A stretch of 64,000 nucleotides of DNA from contig CM075977.1 in NCBI GenBank assembly GCA_038087875.1, positions 288,548,001 to 288,612,000 on the forward strand, read 5' to 3'. The notes below the pieces were generated by a model. It was not told the DNA's origin. It did not search any database and saw nothing but the letters and a program-made list of their open reading frames with translations. Positions within the stretch are counted from its first letter, which is position 1. Each line of letters opens with the position of its first letter. This DNA comes from Malacoraja senta (lineage: Eukaryota). Made by a program: the position numbers and the translations under genes. This document shows positions 53,030 through 64,000 of this stretch, one piece after another.

Positions 53030-53354
53030 TTGTTTAGTTTAGTTTAGTTTAGAGATACAGCATGGAAACAGGCCCTTTGGCCCACTGAGTCTGCACCGGC
53101 CAGCGATCCCCGCACACTTACACTATCCTACACAGACTAGGGACAATTTACACTTATACCAAGCCAATGAACCTACAAACCCGTGTGTTTTTGGAGTGTG
53201 GGAGGAAACCGAAGATCTCTGAGAAAACCCATGCGTTCACAGAGAGAACGTATAAACTCCTTACAGACAGCACCCGTAGTCGGGATGAAACCCGGGTCTC
53301 TGGCGTTGCAAGGGCTGCAAGGCAGCAACTCTACCGCTGCGCCACCGTGCCGCC
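53030..53354 (-). mobile_element. V-domain SINE (HE1-like) with (TTTAG)n tail
   Basis: Same organisation as the other SINE copies. Confidence 0.88.
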
Positions 53355-53654
53355 CATTAGTATCTGCTGGAGTTTAGCAGAATGTGTGATAAAACAAATG
53401 TTCACCTTACATCTCTTAAATATGCAATATCCTGGTTCTAGATTTTCCCAAGAGGAAAAATCCTTTCCTTCTTCATCCTGTCAAGAACCTGAGGGGGTCT
53501 TCTAAAGACGGATAAGGGGATGACGTTTCCTCTTTTATGAGAATCTAAAAATAGCGGGTTACAAACTTAAGACAGATAAGATGAACATTTTCCCTTTGAG
53601 AGGATCATGAATCTTTGGAGATCACTTCCTCAAGGGATGAGGGAAGTTGAACCT

Positions 53655-54290
53655 TTAGAGTCAGTGTTGTACAGCATGGAAACAGGGCCTTTGGCCCAAC
53701 TCATCCATGCCAACCAAGCTGTCTATCTGAACGTCCCATTTCCTTGCCTTTAACCCATATCCCACTAAACCTTTTCACCCCATGTACCTGTCCGAATATC
53801 TTTTAAACATTGTAATTGTATCCTCCCAACAGCTTTCTCTGGTAACTTGTTCCAAATACCCACCACTCTCTGAAAAAAATTGCCCTTATAAAATAGTCAC
53901 TTTTAAATCTTTTGCCTCTCGCCTTAAATCTATGCCCTCTAGCCCCCTTCCCAGGGAAAAGGATACTAACCACTCGGTTTATCTACAGCCCTCATTATTT
54001 TATATACCTCTACAAGGATGTCCTTCACCCTCCTGTGCTCCAGGGAAAAATGTCCCAGCGTCTCCTGGTAACTGAAGTCCTCCAATGTTGGTAACATCCT
54101 TATGAATTCTATCCATACACTTTCCAATTTAATAACTTTCTTTGTGTAGATCGGCGACCTGAACTTTTCACAATACTTCAAGTATATTAATCTCACCAAT
54201 GACTTGATGGTTGCAACATAGCATCCCGTCTCCTGTGCTCAAATCCCTGAACACCGAAGACAAGCAAGCCAACCAAATGTGTTCTTCAAC
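53655..54290 (-). mobile_element. Old CR1 LINE 3' fragment
   Basis: ORF 53966..54199 (-) 'LGHFSLEHRRVKDILVEVYKIMR'. Confidence 0.75.
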
Positions 54291-54369
54291 ATCCTTAATT
54301 GAATTGAATACTTTATTGTCACATGTGACAAGTCACATGTGACAATAAATTCTTTGCTTGCATACCCAT

Positions 54370-55570
54370 GGTGAGGGTAAAGCCGTGGATGTTGTATATA
54401 TGGACTTCAGTAAGGCCTTTGACAAGGTTCCTCATGGAAGGTTGGTTAAGAAGGTTCAATGGTTGGGTATTAATGGTGGAGTAGCAAGATGGATTCAACA
54501 GTGGCTGAATGGGAGATGCCAGAGAGTAATGGTGGATGGTTGTTTGTCAGGTTGGAGGCCAGTGACTAGTGGGGTGCCACAGGGATCTGTGTTGGGTCCA
54601 CTGTTGTTTGTCATGTACATCAATGATCTGGATGATGGTGTGGTAAATTGGATTAGTAAGTATGCAGATGATACTAAGATAGGTGGGGCTGTGGATAATG
54701 AAGTAGATTTTCAAAGTCTACAGAGAGATTTATGCCGGTTGGAAGAGTGGGCTGAAAGATGGCAGATGGAGTTTAATGCTGATAAGTGTGAGGTGCTACA
54801 TCTTGGCAGGACAAATCAAAATAGGACGTACATGGTAAATGGTAGGGAATTGAAGAATGCAGGTGAACAGAGGGATCTTGGAATAACTGTGCACAGTTCC
54901 CTGAAAGTGGAATCTCATGTAGATAGGGTGGTAAAGAAAGCTTTTGGTGTGCTGGCTTTTATAAATCAGAGCAGAGTATAGAAGTTGGGATGTAATGTTA
55001 AAATTGTACAAGGCATTGGTGAGGCCAATTCTGGAGTATGGTGTACAATTTTGGTCGCCTAATTATAGGAAGGATGTCAACAAAATAGAGAGAGTACAGA
55101 GGAGATTTACTAGAATGTTGCCTGGGTTTCAACAACTAAGTTACAGAGAAAGGTAGGGCTTTATTCTTTGGAGCGCAGAAGGTTAAGGGGGGACTTGATA
55201 GAGGTCTTTAAAATGATGAGAGGGATAGACAGAGTTGACGTGGATAAGCTTTTCCCATTGAGAGTAGGGAAGATTCAAACAAGGGGACATGACTTGAGAA
55301 TTAAGGGACAGAAATTTAGGGGTAACATGAGGAGGAACTTCTTTACTCAGAGAGTGGTGGCTGTGTGGAATGAGCTTCCAGTGAAGGTGGTGGAGGCAGG
55401 CTCGTTTTTATCATGTAAAAATAAATTGGATAGTTATATGGACGGGAAAGGAATGGAGGGTTATGGTCTGAGCGCAGGTATATGGGACTAGGGGAGAATA
55501 CGTGTTCGGCACGGACTAGAAGGGCCGAGATGGCCTGTTTCCGTGCTGTAATTGTTATATGGTTATATGG
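54370..55570 (+). mobile_element. CR1/HER1-like LINE, 5'-truncated, relatively intact
   Basis: 207-aa open RT 'DFSKAFDKVPH…[13 protein letters not shown]…YADDTK'; tail 'ggcctgtttccgtgctgta…gttatatggttatatg'. Confidence 0.95.
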
Positions 55571-55589
55571 TATGCAAATAGTCACCCAT

Positions 55590-56180
55590 AAAGGGCGCTT
55601 ACAAAAGTATCCCCTCGCCAGTATGCCCAGACTACCGATATCGCCATTTTCAGGGATCTACATACCAGTAATCCCAGGTGTCCACCATCAACAATGCAAG
55701 TCATGCTCTGGTTCAACTTAGCACGATTCAATCCCTTGCACATTTCAGAGTTAAATTCCGTCTGCCATTCCCTGGTCCTCTTCCCCATTTCATCACGATA
55801 CTGCTGTAATCTTAGTTTGCCCCCTTCACTGTCCATTGTACCATTAATTTTTGATTGTCATCTGCAAACCTACCTACCATGTTAACAACATTATCATTTA
55901 TATTAACAATTTGGATAACAATTTATAGGTCTCCAATCTGAATAATAGCCCTCCACTACTATCCTTTGACTGTTTACTTTGCCAATTTTGGATCTATGTG
56001 GCGAGTTCATGTGATCTATCTTTCCAGACCAGCCTTGTCAAAAGCCTTACTAAAGACCACATATACAACATCTACCACCCCACCCTCATCAATTATTTTT
56101 GCCACCTCTTCAAAACAACTCAAATCAACATTTCTGAGAGATTATTTCCCACGCACAAACCCATGGTGACCATCCCTAAT
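55590..56180 (-). mobile_element. Old CR1 LINE fragment
   Basis: On -: 'LQQYRDEMGKRTREWQTEFNSEMC' and 'FEEVAKIIDEGGVVDV'. Confidence 0.7.
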
Positions 56181-56237
56181 CAGTCCTTAGATGTTTCAGA
56201 TGACTTGAATCAATAAAGTAGAGAATACACTATTTAC

Positions 56238-56393
56238 CTCATTGCAATAAAAGGCATAGAAGACTGCAGGTACATAGCAGCCCAAAATCCCAATGGCTAT
56301 CCCAGCATAGTCAAGGGCCATCCAGCGACGATTCGCTTTCTCAGAGCGATGGCAGCAGAACAGGTGATATCCCACTGAACAGAGCAAACAAAC
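56238..56393 (-). CDS. PAQR3: PAQR3 coding exon 3, intact copy (VCLLCSVGYHLFCCHRSEKANRRWMALDYAGI…FYCNE)
   Basis: tttatag| acceptor, |gtaaat donor, 156 nt, phase 0-0; SxxYH and LDYxGI motifs. Confidence 0.95.
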
Positions 56394-56935
56394 CTATAAA
56401 TGAAAAAACTCCTTGTTAAATGCACAAAAACAAAATTTATAAATTGTAAAAAGTTACACATAACGCCTTACAATTAACTGCTTTCAAACTAACTTGAACA
56501 GTTGCAGCTTTTCTACTTATCATGAATATGGCATGCCACAAGTAATATCTTGTTGTGCAATAATGCCAACCTTTCTTTCAACAAGAAAGGGTTATAGTTA
56601 GGAAAATAGCAGATTACCATGAGTAAAAGGATGTTCATGGAATTTAAAGTTCTCATACTTAGAATGTTGGAACAGTGCTTAACTTACACTTATCAGTTTC
56701 ACAAGCACACCAACACCTCTACCACCTTAGAAGGCTTAGGAACAACTCGCACCATTGAAAGCATTTTATCAGTATGTATCACAGCTTAGTTTGGGAACAG
56801 CACCATCCAAGACAGCAAGAAATTGCAACAAATTGTAGTCATTCAATTGAAATATTTTGGAGGTAGTAGGGGAAACGTGGGAGTGGATGGGGGGGTTTAG
56901 ACATCAAGAAAAGATTTGGGGGGCGGGGGAACTTG

Positions 56936-57135
56936 NNNNNNNNNNNNNNNNNNNNNNNNNNNNNNNNNNNNNNNNNNNNNNNNNNNNNNNNNNNNNNNNN
57001 NNNNNNNNNNNNNNNNNNNNNNNNNNNNNNNNNNNNNNNNNNNNNNNNNNNNNNNNNNNNNNNNNNNNNNNNNNNNNNNNNNNNNNNNNNNNNNNNNNNN
57101 NNNNNNNNNNNNNNNNNNNNNNNNNNNNNNNNNNN
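56936..57135. other. Assembly gap (200 N) between two near-identical 869-bp segments
   Basis: 56067-56935 matches 57136-58004. Confidence 0.98.
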
Positions 57136-57306
57136 AACATCTACCACCCCACCCTCATCAATTATTTTTGCCACCTCTTCAAAACAACTCAAATCAACAT
57201 TTCTGAGAGATTATTTCCCACGCACAAACCCATGGTGACCATCCCTAATCAGTCCTTAGATGTTTCAGATGACTTGAATCAATAAAGTAGAGAATACACT
57301 ATTTAC

Positions 57307-57463
57307 CTCATTGCAATAAAAAGGCATAGAAGACTGCAGGTACATAGCAGCCCAAAATCCCAATGGCTATCCCAGCATAGTCAAGGGCCATCCAGCGACG
57401 ATTCGCTTTCTCAGAGCGATGGCAGCAGAACAGGTGATATCCCACTGAACAGAGCAAACAAAC
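57307..57463 (-). other. PAQR3: Second copy of PAQR3 exon 3 with a +1 homopolymer frameshift (probable assembly artefact)
   Basis: 157 nt; 'caataaaaagg' versus 'caataaaagg' in the other copy. Confidence 0.8.
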
Positions 57464-58220
57464 CTATAAATGAAAAAACTCCTTGTTAAATGCACAAAAA
57501 CAAAATTTATAAATTGTAAAAAGTTACACATAACGCCTTACAATTAACTGCTTTCAAACTAACTTGAACAGTTGCAGCTTTTCTACTTATCATGAATATG
57601 GCATGCCACAAGTAATATCTTGTTGTGCAATAATGCCAACCTTTCTTTCAACAAGAAAGGGTTATAGTTAGGAAAATAGCAGATTACCATGAGTAAAAGG
57701 ATGTTCATGGAATTTAAAGTTCTCATACTTAGAATGTTGGAACAGTGCTTAACTTACACTTATCAGTTTCACAAGCACACCAACACCTCTACCACCTTAG
57801 AAGGCTTAGGAACAACTCGCACCATTGAAAGCATTTATCAGTATGTATCACAGCTTAGTTTGGGAACAGCACCATCCAAGACAGCAAGAAATTGCAACAA
57901 AATGTAGTCATTCAATTGAAATATTTTGGAGGTAGTAGGGGAAACGTGGGAGTGGATGGGGGGGTTTAGACATCAAGAAAAGATTTGGGGGGCGGGGGAA
58001 CTTGTATATTGGAATTATTTGTTACCCATCACCAGCATCGGTAGCTGACTATTCTAATCCTAATGTTCTAATATAAAATAGTGGTATTATATTTGTTTGG
58101 CAGAGATGTCAGGCAAATCACAATTTCAAGAGTTCTAGGCACTGGTATATCTACAACACACAAATAAAAATGATCACTGTCCATATTTTCTGAAAGTAAA
58201 AATACATCTACACCACTTAC

Positions 58221-58383
58221 CTGGAAGCAGAAGAGACAAATGGAATATATAACATAATCATCCCTGGAGGCATTTGCTTCAGGAAGTACGATGATCATAT
58301 CATAAATTCCAAGACTGAAGAACAGGAAAAATCCTAGAAGGTGACTCCAGATATTCACCGTCTCATTGGAAAGGATGAAAAGA
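58221..58383 (-). CDS. PAQR3: PAQR3 coding exon 2 (LFILSNETVNIWSHLLG…CLFCFQ)
   Basis: ccacag| acceptor, |gtaagt donor, 163 nt, phase 2-0; 'NETVNIWSH' motif. Confidence 0.96.
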
Positions 58384-59339
58384 CTGTGGGGAACAATGCT
58401 AATTATTACATGACAAAGGCACAAGTATACCTATTTAATTTTCAGAACCTACAAAATTCTGATAAACTGTACAAAATCTCTGTTTGAACCATAGAACATG
58501 TGAACAAATATCTAAAAACAAATACCATTTCAGGTGTTTTGCACTTATTAAATTAGTTTAAAAAAATGTTAAACATACAAAATCTGTTTAGCAAAGTATG
58601 GCTTATAAAATAAACATTTTATGGCACTCATTTAACTTCCATCAGATAATTTTAGCCCACTTTGAACATTCCCTACATAACAGTAAAACTCCGTTAATAT
58701 AACACACACACATAGCCGTAACCCTGCATCAGTGAGTTAATCTGTACAGAAGTATTTATTTTGAATAACAATCAATAGTCTGGAAATTCAGCACTACCAA
58801 ATTTCAGAGTATGCTGGTTAACAAAGTTTTACAGGACAAAAACAATTATCTTATACTTGACAAGCTACTCTTCAGTTTCTCCCACCCCCAATAATCATAA
58901 GTGTCCTAAACCTTTCCTGAGTTTTATAATGCAAAACTCCAATCATCTGCTATCTGATTATACCTATACCTCAGCATATAACTCATAAGGGGGAGGGGGG
59001 TGCTGATTCCTGTGGTCCCTTCTCACTTACTAGGTCCTTGGTTCCTGAACTCTGTTCAAAACTCACCTACATCTGTTTGCCACACTCCCTTGAAATTTCT
59101 AGGGCCTTGTTTTCCAACATTCCCCTTAAACATGCCAAGTTAAACTGGAAAATGTGCGTATTGATAGAATATCTTCCAATTGTCCAGAAAAGCTGCTTAT
59201 TCAGCACATTTAAATGTACTAGTTTAACAGAGTTTAACTTTTTAAATGCGCTAGTTTAACAGAGTTTAACTCAACTTGAAAAACGAATCCAAACAAACTA
59301 ATATAAGGAGGGATATAGCTTAATAAATCTATAACCCAC

Positions 59340-59524
59340 CTTTTTAAACATAATTTTGAAGGTAGATAAGCTCTGTATCCATCTGTAATATAAGGGTTAT
59401 CCTTAAGAAAAGATGGAATTTGTTCATAAGTATACAGGCGGATACCTCGTGGTACAAGCACAGGCCAATAGTGGTAATTTCCTAATTCAATGAAGTGAGC
59501 ACTTTTGAGTAACTTCTGAGGCAT
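59340..59524 (-). CDS. PAQR3: PAQR3 first coding exon (MPQKLLKSAHFIELGNYHYWPVLVPRGIRLYTYEQIP…)
   Basis: caccATG at 59524; ag|gtgggt donor; 185 nt; the six exons total 933 nt (310 aa + stop). Confidence 0.96.
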
Positions 59525-59719
59525 GGTGCTGCAAATTAAAAAATAAAACACAAGGCAAACTTTTATAGTTAAAATAGACATTAGGAACCAAAAATAAATG
59601 GACTGTAAAGTCCATTTGACTTCATTCGAACACGCGATGCCACCAATACAATTTTTATTGCAATACAAAAGCAATTTACAACTACAATCAAAATTACCTT
59701 CACCACAGGGCATCGAAAC

Positions 59720-61022
59720 CAGTGGGCACCGGCACCACTGCCACCGTCGCCCTGAGCACTGTGGCCAGCAGGCACCATCACCATCTGGCACTGTCACCCT
59801 GGGCACTGTTGCCAGTGGGTACCACCACCACTGGCAACTGGCCACCGTCACTCTGGTCACTTTTACCAGAGGCAATATCGCCACTGACTACCATCACCAC
59901 CATCGCAAGTGGGTATCATCACCAACAGTGTCATCACAGGCACCATCGCCAGTGGATACCCTCATATGTGAGCATAGGGCTGTGGGCACCTGGGCTAGTG
60001 GGTGTTGTGACCAGTGGGCACTGTGGCCAATTGGCAATGTGGCAAGTGGGCCCTATCGCTGGAGACGCTATGACTAGTTGGCACTACAGCCAGCGGGTGC
60101 TGTGACCAGTGGGCACTAGATCCATTGGTCGCTATGGCAAATAAGCACCGTGACCAGTATGCACCGTGACCAGAGGGCAGACTACTTCTTCCCCCACCCT
60201 GCACCTGGATAACACCTCCGATGGCAAAAACCTACAGCCAGGGAGCGCCATCACCAACAAACACTGTTGTCACTGGTATCATCGCCAGTGGGGATCTTCA
60301 TATGTGGGCAATAGGGCAGTGGGCACCTTGGCCAGTGATAATTGTGGCCAGTGGCATTCGACCAGCGGGCGATATGACCAATGGACACTATGGCAGCCCA
60401 CACTATAACCAGCAGACACTATGGCCAGTACACACTATGGCCAGTGGACACGATGGCCAGTCCACATTATGACCAGCTCACACTATGGCCAGCTCACACT
60501 ACGGCCAGCTCACACTACGGCCAGCACACACTATGGCCAGCTCACACTACGGCCAGCACACACTACGGCCAGCTCACACTACGGCCAGCTCACACTACGG
60601 CCAGCCCACACTACGGCCAGCTCACACTACGGCCAGTCCACATATGACCAGCCCACACTACGGCCAGCTCACACTACGGCCAGCACACACTATGGCCAGC
60701 GGACACTACACAGACAGCCCATACTATTGCCAGTCCACGCAACGGCCAACCCCACACCATGGCCAGTCCACACTAGGGCCAGTGGACACATAGGCCAGTC
60801 CACACTATGGCCAGTGGACACTGTGGCCAGCGGACATTACGGCCAGTCCACACTATGGCCAGTGGACACTATGGCCAGCGGACATTACGGCCAGTCGACA
60901 CTATGGCCAGTGGACATTACGGCCAGTGCACACTATGGTCAGTCCATGCTATGGTCAGCCCATGCTATGGCCAGTGGACACTATGGCCAGCGGACATTAC
61001 GGCCAGTCGACACTATGGCCAG
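59720..61022. repeat. ~16-bp minisatellite (cacactayggccagnn), clean at 60385-61022, degenerate to the left
   Basis: Dozens of ggccagctcacactac / ggccagtggacactat units. Confidence 0.9.
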
Positions 61023-61073
61023 ACCAGTTGGCATCGTGACCAGTCTCCCTCTTCCCCAGCACCGATAACTCAC

Positions 61074-61320
61074 CGCCACGTTACTGGCGGCGCCAGCCGA
61101 AAGCCCGTCCCCTCCTCCGGACTTCCCGCCGCACAACCCACCCGTTAACCGACTAACCAGCCCCCAGGCCGCGTTATCACCTCGGGCCTCAGATCCGCGT
61201 CCGCTATCGCCACGGCCCCGGCCCCGGCCGCGCCGCCATCTTCAGCCGGGAGAGCCGGGAGTCGGCGGCGCCGCGACCCCAGGCCCCGCCGCATGGGGGC
61301 AGCCGCTGCCTTCCGGGGAG
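61074..61320 (-). promoter_or_regulatory. PAQR3: CpG-rich island; candidate non-coding first exon of PAQR3
   Basis: GC/CpG-rich unique sequence; donor ggcg|gtgagt on - at 61074/61073; acceptor tttgcag| lies 4 nt before the ATG. The upstream boundary is a guess. Confidence 0.55.
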
Positions 61321-61362
61321 AGAGTGGAGGACAGAGATACGACAGCAAGATCTTTGGTGGAG

Positions 61363-61398
61363 ACGGGGACGGGGACGGGGACGGGGACGGGGACGGGG
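61363..61398 (+). repeat. (ACGGGG)6 microsatellite
   Basis: Six perfect hexamers. Confidence 0.95.
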
Positions 61399-61744
61399 CA
61401 GTGGGACAGAGGACGCGTCCAACAGCCATCCAGAGATATCCTTGGTACCAGGAAACCAAAAACCATGCTGGAAACCATATCTGCGAATAGCAGTCTGCCC
61501 TCCTAATACCCCATGAGTAGCGTTGCATTGATCTTTTCCCCTCTCCCAGGCATAGCTTGTTCACCCATTAGTTGTGAACTTAGGTTGGGCTGCACTCAAG
61601 TAGCAGTTTTGAATCTGGTTATATGTGCTTTCAAGAAGATATACAAGCTTCCGGAGGGAAGTGCTTCAAAGAGTTTGTGACCACAGGCTTAGCAGACTTT
61701 AGTTTCTGCCTGTAGGTCGGAATAAGGTGAACTAAACAATGATC

Positions 61745-61970
61745 AGTCTGTGCGGAGTTTGTACATTCTCCCTATGACTGCGTGGGTTTGTTCCCAACAG
61801 CGTGCAGGTTTGTACGTTATTTGGCATCTGTAAATTACTTTGTGTGCGTAGGGAGTGGTTGAGAAAGTGGGATAACAGAATTAGTGTGAATGGGTGATTG
61901 ATGGTTGGCATGGACTCAGTGGGCTGAAGGGCCTGTCTCCAAGTTGTATCTCTAAACTAAAACTAAACTA
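61745..61970 (+). mobile_element. 5'-truncated V-domain SINE
   Basis: 'gagtttgtacattctccctatgactgcgtggg' core and 'gaagggcctg…tatctctaaactaaaactaaac' tail. Confidence 0.8.
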
Positions 61971-62235
61971 GGCCGCTTCTCTGCTGTGATCAAACAACTG
62001 AACAGTCCTTTCATAAACTAAGGGTGTAGTGCTGAACACCCAGCCTACTTTTTTGTGGCATCTGCACTATTTTTATCTGCACTTTCTCTGTAACCATAAA
62101 GCGATAACATTATAATACTATATTTTGTACTGTGATTTTTTCACTCTGCAGTAAATGTTGCACTTGGGTATGATTTGATTACATTCATATATAGTATGAT
62201 TTGACTGGGAACCACACACACAAAGTTGTTCAAAG

Positions 62236-62355
62236 TGCTGGAGTAACTCAACGGGCCAGGCACCTCTCTGGATGACTTGGATATGCTATGCCTGAAATGT
62301 AGCCTATCGATGTCCACCAAGGATGCTGCCTGACCCACTGAGTTACTCCAGCATG
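62236..62355. mobile_element. Fold-back Penelope-like pLTR remnant
   Basis: 'tgctggagtaactcaacgggccaggca' / 'tgcctgacccactgagttactccagca' inverted arms. Confidence 0.7.
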
Positions 62356-63129
62356 TTGTGTTCCAGATAAAATGACATAACTCATGAAAATTTGTCTCAA
62401 AATCAAATGCTATGTTATCAAATTTAACATGATCAATCCTCCAGGAATACATCAAACCAGAATTAACAACTCCAACATCATCCCAGAACAAATGAAGATA
62501 TGATTGTACTCTATTTGTCCAGAACTTCTGTTCATCCCATGTCAGCCTCAGAATGGAGATCAAGCATTTTCTATTCAAACATAAAGGCCATCCTCAACTT
62601 GTGCTATATAGTTTATTATAGATAAAGTCATCACTATCTAACTGAGAATCAGTCCGTTTTCAGAATTATGACATTTCAGGGAAATAACATTTGATGATTC
62701 TGTTAAAGATTTTAGATGTGACTAATGAAAGATATAATGGGGAAATCAGTGAACAGGGTGTATTTAGACCTTTAGAAGGCCCTCAGTAGTGCTGCACAGA
62801 AGTTTATGAAGAAAATTAGATAACATGAGATTGGGGGTAATATACTAGCGTGGATATTAGAAATGGTTAATTTCAAATTGGGAATCTGGAAGTTGTGGGA
62901 TGCTGCAAGTCTCAGTGCTGGGGCCCCAAATGATTACCCAGTGCATATTACTCACTTGGATATTCCCAGCGTCAGTGGCGATGTTGCATATTCTCACGAA
63001 AGATTTTTTCTTTGAATCTTTTCCTCTGTCTGCCTGTCATTTTTCCTTGGAGGGGTTCAGGAGTGTCTGTTTTGGGAGCCAAGTGTTAGGCATCCAGACA
63101 ATGTGCTCTGCTCAACATAGCCGACTGAG

Positions 63130-63920
63130 TGAAACCTGGGAGCGGAGGGGTGGGAGTACTGCCCCCTTCCCAGGTATTTTCCCCTGCTGCCGCAGAAGAT
63201 GTAACACCAGTGCCTACAACCTCTCTGATTTCCAGCCAAGGACCCCAGCTGTCTTTCAAGGTGAGACAGAGTTCCGCGTGCACCTCCTCTAACCTCAGCT
63301 ACTGCATTTGGTGCTCCCAATGCTGCCTCCTTTACACTGGTGAGACCTGTGCAGAGTAGGCGACCGTTTCGTTGAACACTTGTGCTCAGTCTGGCAGGGG
63401 CTACTGAATCTCCTGGTCGCTGACCATTTCATCTTTCCCTACCATTACACATTTACAACCTTTCAGCACCTCATATTCCACTAGGGTATCTTACAACCCA
63501 GTAGTATGAACATTGATTTCGCCAATTTTAGATAACATCGGTCAGTTTCTCTTCCTTCAATTTCTTTTGCTCCACCCCCCAGATCCCTGGTGCATATCCA
63601 TTTCTCCCACTATCTGGTCCCCATCCCCTTTCATCAATATCTCCCCCTCTCTCACATTGCATTACATTTCACTCCTCTCCTTATCTAACTACGCTTTGTA
63701 TCTCTGGCCTTTGTCGATCCAGTTGTTAATCATACTTTTCCCTCACCTGTATCCACCTATCATTCGCCCGTTTTTGTTCCACCCTACATCTTTTCCAGTC
63801 CTCCCACGCACCCACCGCAATCATTTAGAAGAAGGGTCCGGTATTGAAATGTCACCATTACATGTCCTCCAGAGATGTTGCCTGACCCGCTGAGTTACTC
63901 CAGCATTTGGTGTCTTTTTG
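63130..63920 (+). mobile_element. Penelope-like element 3' part (GIY-YIG endonuclease plus pLTR)
   Basis: 'SYCIWCSQCCLLYTGET' followed by 'gaccgtttcgttgaacacttg' (DRFVEHL); pLTR end 'gcctgacccgctgagttactccagca'. Confidence 0.8.
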
Positions 63921-64000
63921 TGACTTGACTTTTTTAGTAACTTAAAGGAGGGTGATTTGAAAGGCAGGCAATATAATTCGTTCAGTGAGAGGCCCAGTGG

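Noticed and set aside
57307-57463. Real mutually exclusive PAQR3 exon or pseudo-exon
   Set aside because: Near-identical flanks abutting a fixed-size gap point to an assembly overlap.
59525-59884. N-terminal extension of PAQR3 suggested by ORF 59234..59884
   Set aside because: Runs through a clear splice acceptor and minisatellite-like sequence; PAQR3 similarity begins at MPQKLLKS.
60381-61148. Repetitive ORFs (HYGQLTLRPAHTTAS)n
   Set aside because: Translation of a 16-bp minisatellite; the same peptide cycles through all three frames.

Overview
Vertebrate genomic DNA, very probably from a cartilaginous fish (skate/ray/shark). This is inferred from the repeat content: V-domain HE1-like SINEs paired with HER1/CR1 LINEs, Penelope-like elements and IR/DR Tc1 transposons. 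Two convergent genes span the window: the last five coding exons of BMP2K on + (1006-22010) and the complete six-coding-exon PAQR3 on - (ATG 59524, stop 25121, 310 aa), with a CpG-rich putative 5' exon/promoter near 61.1-61.4 kb. All listed exons have GT-AG junctions and compatible phases. Introns are dense with mobile elements: many CR1 fragments, three Tc1 copies, a full-length degenerate Gypsy (CATT TSD, tRNA-Trp PBS), Harbinger MITEs, Penelope-like fragments, a HERO-like REL retrotransposon and an L1 3' end. Most notable: (i) a 13.4-kb pile of non-autonomous Helitrons whose junctions suggest repeated insertion into their own 5' end; (ii) a consensus kink-turn in the 3' UTR of the HERO-like element; (iii) a SINE>Tc1>(HERO, L1) nest. 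The apparent duplication of PAQR3 exon 3 across an N gap is most likely an assembly artefact. Comparisons to known proteins and families are from recall, not database searches.
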